A stretch of 64,000 bases of DNA, from the NCBI GenBank assembly GCA_013265495.1, contig MU059903.1, forward strand, positions 62,001 to 126,000. The letters run 5' to 3'. Positions 1 through 10,430 of the stretch are shown one piece after another. The stretch is from Vicugna vicugna (Eukaryota). Made by a program: the position numbers and the translations under genes. A model generated the notes under the pieces. That model made no database searches and was not told the DNA's origin. It saw only the letters and a list, made by a program, of their open reading frames with translations. Positions within the stretch are counted from its first letter, which is position 1; every line of letters begins with the position of its first letter.

Positions 1-109
1 GTGCCAATTAAGTTGCTGAAAACAGCAGATTTCCACTGATACGCTACAGATAAAGCTGACCATTAAATCGCAATTTAACATCGCAGGCAGCGGGAGCTGC
101 TGACAGCCA

Positions 110-280
110 NNNNNNNNNNNNNNNNNNNNNNNNNNNNNNNNNNNNNNNNNNNNNNNNNNNNNNNNNNNNNNNNNNNNNNNNNNNNNNNNNNNNNNNNNNN
201 NNNNNNNNNNNNNNNNNNNNNNNNNNNNNNNNNNNNNNNNNNNNNNNNNNNNNNNNNNNNNNNNNNNNNNNNNNNNNNNN
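110..280. other. Assembly gap (171 N)
   Basis: Run of N in the sequence. Confidence 0.95.
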
Positions 281-1379
281 CCGCTCTCCAGGGACCCCAG
301 AGACATTTACGCTGAGAGAGCAGGAGCGGGGAGGACAGGGGGTGGGACGGCCCAGCCACAAGGCACTTGGATTTCCCTGGGGGCAAATTACAGAGAGTTT
401 TCCGAGACAATGGAAGGAAATTTCACCTGGGCTTTTCAAGTCTTTCTTTGGTAATAAAAGATGAACCCCGATGGTTCTGTTCAAACTCTTTCGGCTCAAT
501 ATTTCCCTTTGCCTGCGGTGGCCTCTGACTTCGAAGCCAGGGGATGCCTCTGTTGGAACACAGAGTTGCCCACTCCAGGCCCGAGACAGCGTGCATTTTC
601 AATGAGGTCATCCTAGCTGGTGGCTGGAGTCTTCAAAGCGTCTCCTGTGACTGGCATTTACTGGCTCTGTTTTCATAAGGAGTCTGGCCGCCTCTGAGGC
701 TGCTGACAACAAGCTCTCCGGACTCTGTCTTTTCCACCAATTCCACTTACTTCCTCAAGGGTGGGAGGGTGCAAAAGGGGTGTGGGGACCGCGGGGTCCC
801 AGCACAGACGTCGGAAGGTGACCTCCACAACACTCACGGCAGTTTTCCCACGTCAAGCCAGAGCTGCTTTCAGAAAGAGCTGCCCCACATTTTGTGCCTC
901 ACTAACAATTATAAACCCAGGTTTTTGACCAAACGCCTCCAATGTGCACTCTACCTCCCAGTAAATTTGCGTCTTAAAAACAGTTATTAATTTAAAAGAG
1001 CTTCCTTCCCAAGCATAAAGTAAGTTTTTTGTTTTTTCCCTCCTGCAAAAAGACAAGTGTTTGCAGGTTGAAAGTTAGAAGGACATTTCCCCAAAGCCGG
1101 CATTCACGCCTCCAGGGTGTCTCCGGACCTTAAAGAGACCACGACCAACCCCACGCCCCCAAACCCTGTCTTCTGTTCTCCCTGTGCCTGAGCTTCAACA
1201 GCAGACTGGGGGTCAGCAGACCCGAAACTGTGAAAAGTCAAGGTGGAGTTTAAGAGAAACAGAGGACACCTCTCAGGCCCCTGCCCCTCACCCCCCGCTT
1301 GAGGACGCAGTTCAGCAAAATGTATGAATAAACTGTGCCTCCCAGAAAGGAGAGAAAGGCCGAGGCACCTGCAAGGGGA

Positions 1380-1716
1380 AACCTCTGGACCCCCCGAGAG
1401 GCCCGCTGCTCAGCTCTGCGGGGGCCCGGCCTGCCACTCACCTGCTCCCGCTCCCAGGGGCCGCGCAGCAGGAAGGCGCTCCCGCACCTCGGAACGTCGG
1501 CCTCTCGGCGCCGGGTCCGCACCTGCTCAGAGGCCGGCTCGGGGTGCTGCTGGCCGGCTCAAATCCTGAAGTTCCCCACTATTATTTTTTTTTTAAACTA
1601 AAGTTAGCGAAACTGCTAGCAGAAACTGCCTCGGTGTTTATTTGGACTTCCCAGGGCCGCAGTGCAGTGCGGTCCTGTCTGCCCCAGCCTCTCCGCAACG
1701 GAGTGGTTTATTTAAT
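1380..1716. promoter_or_regulatory. CpG-island-like segment, candidate promoter or first exon of a minus-strand transcript
   Basis: 19 CpG counted in 1381-1560 with very high GC. Minus-strand donor CAG|GTGAGT at 1442/1441. FOX-like TGTTTAT at 1635-1641. Confidence 0.45.
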
Positions 1717-1856
1717 NNNNNNNNNNNNNNNNNNNNNNNNNNNNNNNNNNNNNNNNNNNNNNNNNNNNNNNNNNNNNNNNNNNNNNNNNNNNNNNNNNNN
1801 NNNNNNNNNNNNNNNNNNNNNNNNNNNNNNNNNNNNNNNNNNNNNNNNNNNNNNNN
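1717..1856. other. Assembly gap (140 N)
   Basis: Run of N in the sequence. Confidence 0.95.
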
Positions 1857-2712
1857 CTGAACAAAGCACAGTGTCTTGGCAATATTCACAGGGCTTATTC
1901 ACGGACAGCCAGCTCTGTCTGTACATTCAGAGGTGGAATACACTTATAAATGATGTATTGGAAGGACTATAGCTCCCATTGTGTCCCCAGTGTAAACAAA
2001 GAGGCAGACAGGAGCTGAATGGCATATGGGCAGCGGGGCCGGCGGATGCTACCATTCCCCGGCTCCGGGAGGGAAGCCGAAATCAGGCAAAGTCCCCGCG
2101 GGGTCCATGTGACTGAGGCTCTGCCCAGGAGCGCCCCCCCTTCTCCTTCTCACCCGTCACCCCGGCTCCGGCCTGGAGGGGCTTCTAGGGGTGTGCTCCC
2201 GCAGCACCAGCCAGGGGTGCACCCCGCCACCTACGCCCCCCGGTGGAGGTGCACCCTGAGCTTTCTGGCAATTTCCAGAACCTTCCACTCAGAGGACACC
2301 GGTCTACCCCACAGGTAGCAGCTCCACACGTCCCCGCGTCCCGGCCGGCACCAGCCCTGTGCGGGGGCGGGAGGGTCTCTGCGGCGGGCGGCCCGCCCCG
2401 CCCCCGGCCGCCGGTGGGCTCAGCTGTGTGGCTGCGTCTTCCACATCCAGCCCTGAACTACTTCTGTAGAATGAACCCCGTGCATTTGTGAGGAAAGGGC
2501 CCTGCTGCTGGTTATCAAGGGTCTGCTTCCTCCGCCCGCTGGAGGTAGAAGCCGCTTTCAAATACTAGTTTTCTTCCTGTAAAACATTTTACCCACTCAC
2601 CCCAATGGGGGAAGACAGTTCAGTGCTGTGGCTGTGATTCCTGTCCCGGTGTGGGGAACTGCCCAGGCCTGGTCTCTGTGCTGGGACCCTGGAGTGCCCC
2701 TGGATAGTGACT

Positions 2713-2834
2713 CCAGGCGGCGTCCACATGCCATTAGACGGTGGCCCGGGAGGTGTCCGTGTGCTGTTGGATGGTGGCCCAGGAGGCGTCCACATGCCAC
2801 GGGATGGCGGGCTGGACGTGTCCACATGCTGTCC
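2713..2834. repeat. Degenerate 33-bp minisatellite, about 3.6 units
   Basis: Units start at 2713, 2746, 2779 and 2812; consensus approximately CCAGGAGGCGTCCACATGCCAYKRGATGGTGGC. Confidence 0.85.
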
Positions 2835-3299
2835 CTCCACACCGCCCTTCTTGTCCAGGAGGGACTGAGGTGCACCTGCTCACAGTTGAGCTGTCTTTGC
2901 AAAGGTACCCCAGTAGGATACTTCTTTGCCGCGCACACTGCTGCTTTTCTGCCCAGAATGAACGAGGGGACGGCCGTCATGCGCAGTGCGTCCTGGAGGC
3001 TCCTCCAGCTCACCGCACGGGACACCACGTGGGCCCACGTCTCACAAGTGGAGAAGCTTGGCTCCCAGTGGCCAGCGGCTTCCCCAGGCCACGTGGGCCT
3101 GCCAAGCAGGGAACCTGGGGGCCCCCTCCCCGGGCACTGCAAGCAACCTTCTTTTAGTTTTTTGAGTGTCTGGCTCCATATTTTACTTTCTCATTCCAAT
3201 TTAGCAAGTTACTGTGTCTTACTTAGGCTGAAAAAAACAACAGCTCATACCTCTAGCTGGTTTTCAGCTCCCCTCGATACACATGTCTTTTTAAAAAAT

Positions 3300-4030
3300 T
3301 TATGACTAGAAGTTTGTACCCAGGTACAAACTCCACCCACGCCACCCCACACCAGCCCCGCCTCTGCTGATCCTGTGAGTCCCGCTCCCTTAGATCCTGC
3401 ATGTAAATGCGATTGTGCAGAGCCTGTCTCTTGTCTGTTTCACCTCACTAAGCAAAACAGCCTCCCGTCCATCCGTGTGGCAAGTGGTAGGACCTCCTTC
3501 CTTTTTACCACTGAATAGCATTCCTCTCTCTGTATCTATACTTACGTCTAAATTGGAATATTGTATACATAGTGGAATACAGACTATACATTTAATACAT
3601 AACATGACACACAGAGGAATACACATGTACACACACATGTATGCCATGTATGACGTAGAGTGGGACACAGCACATATACTGCATTGCGCTGTACACAGTG
3701 GAATATAAACACGTCACCTTCCGTGCTCTCAGCATGCACAGGCACCCGGGCTGTTTCTCCACTTGACCGTTGTGAGTAAAGCTGCAATGACTGTGGTGAT
3801 ACCGGTATTTTTCCAAAACCCTGTTTCCGTTTCCTCAGGAAAAATACCCAGAAGTGGAGCTGCTGGGTCACGTGGTGGATCTATTTTTAGCTTCTGAGGA
3901 CCCTCCAGACTGTTTCCCACAGCGGCTGCACCAGTTTACACTCCCACCCACAGCGCACGAGGCCCCTCTTTTCCCACGACCTCACCGACACTTGTTATCT
4001 CCTGTCTTTTTGCCAATCGCCCGCTTTTCA
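3300..4030 (-). mobile_element. LINE-1 3' fragment (L1MA9-like), with a decayed simple-repeat expansion at about 3530-3710
   Basis: L1 antisense motifs GAAGTTTGTACC, ATACCCAGAAGTGGAGCTGCTGGGTCA, CACCAGTTTACACTCCCACC. Minus-strand ORF fragment reads LKIDPPRDPAAPLLGIFPEE (ORF2 C-terminus). Confidence 0.9.
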
Positions 4031-5689
4031 GTGTTTTAAGGTCCTCGTGCCCTCTGCCTGCCCCGTCTGTCCGCACCTTGTTACCAGAGCGTCCCAGCCT
4101 GGTCGACTCTGCGTCCCAGTCACACTCCAGAGGCGCCTCCTCTGTGGCGTGGGGGAACCACGTGAATTTCGACAATGCCCGACACTCAGCGACCTGCTGC
4201 TGTGATCTGTGGCTTGGCTTTTGCAGGGGGACATTTGTAAAGACCTCTAAAAAATCTTTATTTCCCACAATCGAACGAGAAATCGTCACCAGTGCACAGG
4301 TTCTGAGGCCGGGGTTCTCCGACCAGCTTTACCGCTCACACGTGGATGGTTCTGGAGAGTCTCAGAGCCGCATGCCTGGACCCCAGTGAAGGAGTCTACG
4401 CCTCTGCTCAGGAAGAGGTGACCAAGGCACACATCGTGCCGCCAGCTGAAGGCAGACATGGGACACCAGCGAGGGGGCGGGCCCCAGGTGCCAGCCCCGC
4501 GGGGTCAGGACTGAGCCCAGCCTCTCTGAGCCTCTGCTTCTTCAACTTCAGAAGTGCAGACAGTGAGGGCTGCCGCTTGGAAAAGGACAGGGTGGCAGAC
4601 GGGACAAGACCAGACTTGAGCCAGAGACTGAACACTGGTTCAGAGCAGGGCTGGTCTGCCCTCCGCTGAGGGAACATCCCAGCCTCTGGTCGTCAGAGAG
4701 AGAAGAACGTCCGCCCGGACGGGGCGGGACCCTCACGCCCCCTCCCCTGTGGTCCTGCGCGGCGTGGTCCAGGCACCGGCCGTACAAGATGAATGTGACC
4801 CTGACTGTGGTGTCATGGTGGGGCAAATATCCCTAGTTCTTATCTGAAGTTCAACACTTTCCATTTTTATAAAAATGACCGCAGTGGTGTCTTTATAACC
4901 GGAAAGCTGGGCTAATGAAATCCACGCTGGCTTTACTCAGGGATCACCCCGGAGTTTGATGTCTTCATTTCACATCGAGGGAGCTGAGCCTGGAGCGCGT
5001 GGGTTGTGGAAGCTCGTGGAGCAAGACCTGGCAGGAGTCGGAGGAATCGACTGCTCTAGTAGTTCCACTGTGCAGAGGGGGAAGTGAGATGCAGAGACTT
5101 TGACTTTTTCAAGATTAGTCAGTCGACAAATTGGGATGAGGTCTCAGATCTGTTAAGCCACCCAAGTACTTTAAAATTTTTTGAATATAATGGTCCATGA
5201 AAAGTAGTAGTAAAAGACACTAATATAATGACTTTGGGCGTGTAGACACTTCAGGAAACATCCATTGTCTACAGGAGTTTTCCATCTTGTACAGAAGATT
5301 CTCAGCCCTTCAGTGACCCAATAATAAATCATCAGGTTAGCAGTGGCTCCAAGACCCCACGGTCTGGGGCATCCTTCATCTTTGTGAATTCCTTGCTGTT
5401 TGATCACAAAGCAACGGGAGCCACCCAGGAGGCGGCGTGTGCTGCGGGCAACGTCAGTGCTCATGGAGATGCTGGTGGCGGCACCAGCAGGCGCCCTGAC
5501 TCCCGGCAAGGAAAACAGGCTTGGCTGCTGGATCATTCCGCACCCTGAGAAGAGAGTTCTTCATTTATTTTCTGAGCTGCTGGAGTATAACAGACCCCCG
5601 TGCTCCACAAAATGTAGAGCTTCCAGTTTTTTGCTCAGTTGGCGAATGGTAAGTGAATCGGTCAGAGATTCAGTGGGTGGAGTGAAGTC

Positions 5690-5790
5690 TGGAGGTTGGG
5701 AAGTGAGTCTGGATCTCACTTCGGGTTTAGGGGGCCCAGTCTGGTCTCCCAATTCTCCACCTTTAAAATGCCCTTGACAATTCATGTGCA
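5690..5790 (+). mobile_element. MIR SINE core remnant
   Basis: TCTGGTCTCCCAATTCTCCACCTTTAAAATG resembles the MIR core TCTGGGCCTCAGTTTCCTCATCTGTAAAATG. Confidence 0.45.
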
Positions 5791-6539
5791 TCTACTCCTA
5801 CACCCTCAGCCGCACGTTTCCGGGAGACACGTCTCTAAACCGGATTTAGTCAGCTGTGCCCTTGGGGAGGGCAGGTTAGAGCTCTGCCCTCATTTCAGGC
5901 TCCCAGGAAGAGGCCTGTGTAAACTCCAGGTGGCCGCAGTCTGCGCTGGAAGGGGCACCACCCGAGGCTGACCCGCTGTGTCACACAGCACCCCTTCCCC
6001 CAGTTAATCCGTGTTATCTGAGCTGTTTCACAGCCTACTTTACGTCATCGTCCCAACGAGACAGCCCGTTGGGAGTCTAACCACTCCATTCTGAATTTTG
6101 CCCACATCACTTAAGAATCTGACTTTTTACAACGAACGTACAAGAGGCAGAATTTCGCTGTCGTCCTCCTGAGCTTGAAGGTCCTAGGGCTTAGGCAGCA
6201 TGACGGCGTCACGGTGTCCTTCTTGGACTCCACTTTCTCCATTTCCCGCTCTTGGGTTCTGGTCTGTCTAGCTTCCAAACAAGGTCATCTGCTCCCCGAG
6301 GAAACGGGACTGAACGCGCGTCCTTAGCAGCAGCGCCTGCCTCGCTGGGTGGCAGTCACAGCAGGCCCGTTAAAAAATCCGTTCTCCAGTCTTCCATTTT
6401 TTTCCAGCTCTTCCTTCACCTTTTTTTTTTTCATACGCTTTAAAATTCTTAGCAGTCTTCCCTCCTAACCACACAATATCAAAAGCTCCCTGTGCTAATC
6501 CTCTCCCGGGCCACCTCAATTAATCACTTCTTTATTACA

Positions 6540-7130
6540 GACTTGGCGTCCTGCCCTCGCATCTCCGCGCACGCTTCCCCGGCTTTGCTTCCGCGACGCC
6601 AGGGCTCCTCCTGCTCCCCTGGGCCGCCGCGTCCCTCTCAGGCTCACGTGCTCATTTCTTTCTCCGTTGTTGTGCGGTTCTCCATTTCACCTTCACTTAC
6701 TCTCCCTCCGGCAAATCCACTGGCTCGCTCGTGACTCAGTAAACACCGCCGCGCGCAGCTGCTCCGTCTTTCCTGCCCCCGCGGGGCCGGGGCGTCCGCG
6801 GGCAGAACGGGGGCTGCGGGTGCCAGGGCTTCCTGAGCCCCACCTGCGGGCACTGGCCGGGCTCCGAGGACCTCCTGCTGGAACCTCTGGACTCTCCGCA
6901 GAGAGGCTGCTTCCTGCCGGGCTGCCGCAGGAGGGCGAGTGGCTGGGCCCCGCCGACACCCACCACGGCCCGCACTACCCTCTCTCTGGGCGCTGCCCAA
7001 CCCCACCAGCCCTGAGGACCCCGCAGGCTGGGCACGGCCTGGCCCGGGGGTCTGCTCCTCCCTGTGACAGAGGCTCCACCGCTGACTTCACAACGGCCAC
7101 GAGGGCCTGAGCTCTCCCGGGAGGAGAGGT
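6540..7130. promoter_or_regulatory. Orphan CpG island with abutting AP-1 and Forkhead motifs
   Basis: About 31 CpG counted in 6541-6840. TGACTCA at 6732-6738 is immediately followed by GTAAACA at 6739-6745. Confidence 0.55.
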
Positions 7131-7849
7131 CTTCGTTGACGCAGGCTTCGTGGGCATCACTGCTGGGGCTCACGTCACCCCCAAAACGACCATCTGGGGA
7201 CCGGACTTACTCATTAGCGATAAGCTTAGTTTTCAATGGCGCAATTGACAGTGAAAGTGCCCCATAAAGAGTTTCAGATGTAAAGCATAAAACTGACGTT
7301 TTATGAGGTGTGTTTTTTCCCAAAGGTCTATATTAAAACTAACTTCCCATCTGATTATAGCCAAGGAAGATAATTCTTGATAGCTATTTATTTAACTGCC
7401 CTAAAACACAAGCTTTATCTGAAATACTAGTTATCTGCTGAACTCAGCAAACATGCCCCGAACACCCCTTACTCCTGTGGGGACTCAGCTGTGACACAAA
7501 CTGAGAAAACCCCCTAAACATCCTGGACGGTGCTCTAAACCCTCGGACACAAGTGGTCTCCCCACTGGTGTGTTTAAGGATGAAAAAGGCAAAGTCAGGG
7601 AAAGATGCTTCCTGCATTTCCTTGTGCCTGGCGGGGCATCGGGGACTTCCACGGACCATCACCACGTCCTGTCGGGTACAGGAGGCTGAGGTTGGCACCG
7701 GAAGTAAGACTCGGTGCCGGAAGCAGGCCGTTTTCTCAGCCTGCAACCCCTGCTCACTCCTGGTCCCCCGCCACAGCTCCATCCCACAGCTCATCTGCCC
7801 GGTATGTCCATCTCACCCAGAGCTGGGCAGGGGGGCCGCCGACACCCCC

Positions 7850-8536
7850 AGGGTGGAGCCACTGGTCCCAGGTGGCCACCGAGGCATGAAACTCAGCCGG
7901 ATGGAGATCTGCATTCCATGGTTCTGGACAAATGTAGGAAGCCTTGTGTCCACCAGTTCTGTGTCCTACAGGACAGCCTCCCTGCCCCGGCTCCTCTGTG
8001 CTCTGTCTGGTCACCCCTTCTCCCTCCCTAGCCCCTGGAGCCCCCATCTGTTTACTGTCCCCAGGGTTTTGCCTCGTCCAGGATGTCACATGCTTGGACT
8101 CACACAACACATAGCCTCTCCAAGATGGGCTTTTGCAGTCAGTAACCACATTTAAGGCTCCGGCACACCTTTGTGTGGCTGAAAGCTCCTTTACTTTCAG
8201 TGCTGAGTGATCTTCCCCTGTCTGGATGCACCAGCCTACCCATTCATCCACCTACTGAAGGGCATCTTGGTTGCTTCCAAGACGTGGTGATTATGAGTGA
8301 AGCTGCTGCAGGCATCTGTGTGTTGGGTTTTGTGCGTCTGCAAGTCTTCTGCTCATTTGAGTAGATACCAAGGGGCATGGCTGCTGGATCAAAAAGCATA
8401 TTTTCAGTATATTGGACTAAACAAAGTATATCGTTGAAATTACTTTTCCTGATTTCTTTTTACTTTTAAGAAATGTGGTTACTAGGAACATGCACTCACC
8501 TACATGGCTCACGTTGGATTTCTCCCTGACTGCTGG
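7850..8536 (-). mobile_element. MER33-like hAT-Charlie element split into 7850-7912 and 8391-8536 by an L1 insertion
   Basis: Right part ATATTGGACTAAACAAAGTATATCGTTGAAATTACTTTTCCTGATTTCTTTTTAC...TGTGGTTACTAG matches MER33 antisense. Left part GGAGCCACTGGTCCCAGGTGGCCACCGAGGCATGAAA matches the opposite end weakly. Confidence 0.65.
7913..8390 (-). mobile_element. LINE-1 3' fragment (L1MC1/2-like)
   Basis: ATTCCATGGTTCTGGACAAATGTA, CATTCATCCACCTACTGAAGGGCATCTTGGTTGCTTCCAAG and GTAGATACCAAGG match the L1MC 3' end antisense. Confidence 0.85.
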
Positions 8537-9239
8537 TCTGGAGACCCAAGGGGACCCCTTGGGAAGACAACCGTGACGCCGGCCCGGCTGGGCTGCAGCC
8601 CAGAAAGGCTCGCTTGCAGGATGCGCCAGAGGCTCGCAGGCACTGACTGGGTTTCCTGCTTCTCGGGGTGTTTTACCGTCGTGCGGTCGGGGTGCAAGTA
8701 GTGAACGCCACGCGTGGAGGAAGAGTAGGGGGAGCAGGTGGAGTAAGAAGGGACGGGAGACAGTCAGCCACGGACACAGGACGACAGCCCCACAAGGGGC
8801 AGCGACGAAGCGCGGCTGGAGACTAAGAGGAAGGTGAAGCGTACGGAGAAGTGAACCAGGGCAGCACTGGGCGGGGGCACGAGCTGTACGGGGGGCGAAA
8901 GGTGTCCTCTGCATTTACCGAAAACGAAGCAGGGAGTTTAAACCACGTCCCTCACAGGAGGCTCCCAGAGGGGCTCGTTTCTCAGAGTTCTGCCCTCAAA
9001 AAATGAAATACATGAAGAAAAAATAGCCTGCCATTCCACCAACCAGATAACCCCAATCATATAGAAGTAATTCGTACAATGACAAGGGAAAGCAAACATC
9101 ACAGAGAAGTACGTATTAAGCAGTGGAAACCCCTCACAGCCACCTTGACCCCCCATAAGTTCCTGGTTCTCTCGATAGCTATTTGCTGGTGATGGCTTCT
9201 TGGGTTCTCGTTTAGAAAAAATAAAAGGATAAAGACAGC

Positions 9240-9385
9240 CTCTTCATCTATTCTCTCATCCATTCAGCCATCATCTACCCATCCAGCCTTCCTATTCAGC
9301 CACTCACTCACCCAGCTATCCACTCATCCATTCATCACCCACCCACCAGCACATCCATCCACCCGTCCACCCATCCTTCCATCCA
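9240..9385. repeat. Degenerate (CCAT)n low-complexity tract
   Basis: Repeated CCAT/TCAT/CCAC tetramers. Confidence 0.85.
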
Positions 9386-10211
9386 AATATACACACAAGT
9401 TCAATTTTAACAAACGGTCAAGAAGTCTTCAGGGTTTCACGAGAGAGCACGGCCAGACAGTTGGAGTCATTCTTACACAGGCCCGTCCTCCACCTGGCTA
9501 ACCCTGAGCTCTGGCTTCGCCCACAGGACAAGTTTCAGAAGGAAATACGCTTGGATCAACCGTCTCTCAGCTCTCCTCCCTCGCTGTGCTTTGAGAATTG
9601 AGAATTGTTGGCTAGGACTGGGATGGCTCCTCAGAAAGTAGCTTTATGAAAAACCGTAAGTAGAACTTCTCGTTGGCAACTTCTGTTTGTGTGAAATCCT
9701 CAAACGCATGGAAAAAACACGGAAATAGGACCTGCGGCTTCTTGGATCGTGAACATCTTGCCTGAGCACAGGTGGCGGTGCCAGGGTGCGCCGTGACTCT
9801 TTCGATCAAAACCTTTATGGGGCTCCAGGGAGCAGCGATGCTGTGCCCCACGGGGGCAGTCCCAGCACACACAGCCGAGTGTAGACGCAGACTGCCCGAC
9901 CGAGGAGAAGCAGGAGGCCGTTTTGAACAGGCTGTGGTTCTGTAAGGCCAGCTGCTTAATCCCAACTGGCTGAGACTCGGGTGCAGGTCCAGATTTTGTG
10001 GGGCCTGATGTCCAGAATTTGGGGTATCCTCTTCCAGACAGACATAAACAATGGCAAACATAAAAGTAAAAAGTGACATTCGATCCAGAGCCTCAGAGGG
10101 ACCCGGCGGGGTGGAGGGGAGAGGCCTGACCTGCTGTCTCTGTAGCTCCGTTCGGGTCGGTCTCTGCTGCGGCCTGAGCCCGCTGCTCGGACACTGTGGT
10201 GGTTGGGGTTA

Positions 10212-10430
10212 CAGGAGGGCTCCTCGGTCGGGGGCTGTTTTCCCCAGGGGACATCTGCCAAAGTCTGGAGACAGTTTTGATTGTCCCGACTGGGGGAGGG
10301 AGTGTGCTACGGGCATCCCGTGGGTAGAGGCCAGGGATGGGGCTGAGTGTCCTGTAATGCACAGGACGGTCCCCAGAACAAGGGCTCATCTGACTCCAAG
10401 TGCCAACAGTGCCAAGACTGAGAAGTCCGG
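10212..10430 (+). mobile_element. MER20 hAT-Charlie DNA transposon, near full length
   Basis: CCCCAGGGGACATCTGCCAAAGTCTGGAGACAGTTTTGATTGTC...GTGGGTAGAGGCCAGGGATG...TGCACAGGACGGTCCCC...TGAGAAGTCC follows the MER20 consensus. Confidence 0.9.

Noticed and set aside
5171-5791. Two same-frame minus-strand ORFs (76 aa and 121 aa) separated by one TGA, suggesting a pseudogene or readthrough
   Set aside because: No recognisable domain; the start lies in a MIR-like remnant; overlapping plus-strand frames are equally open
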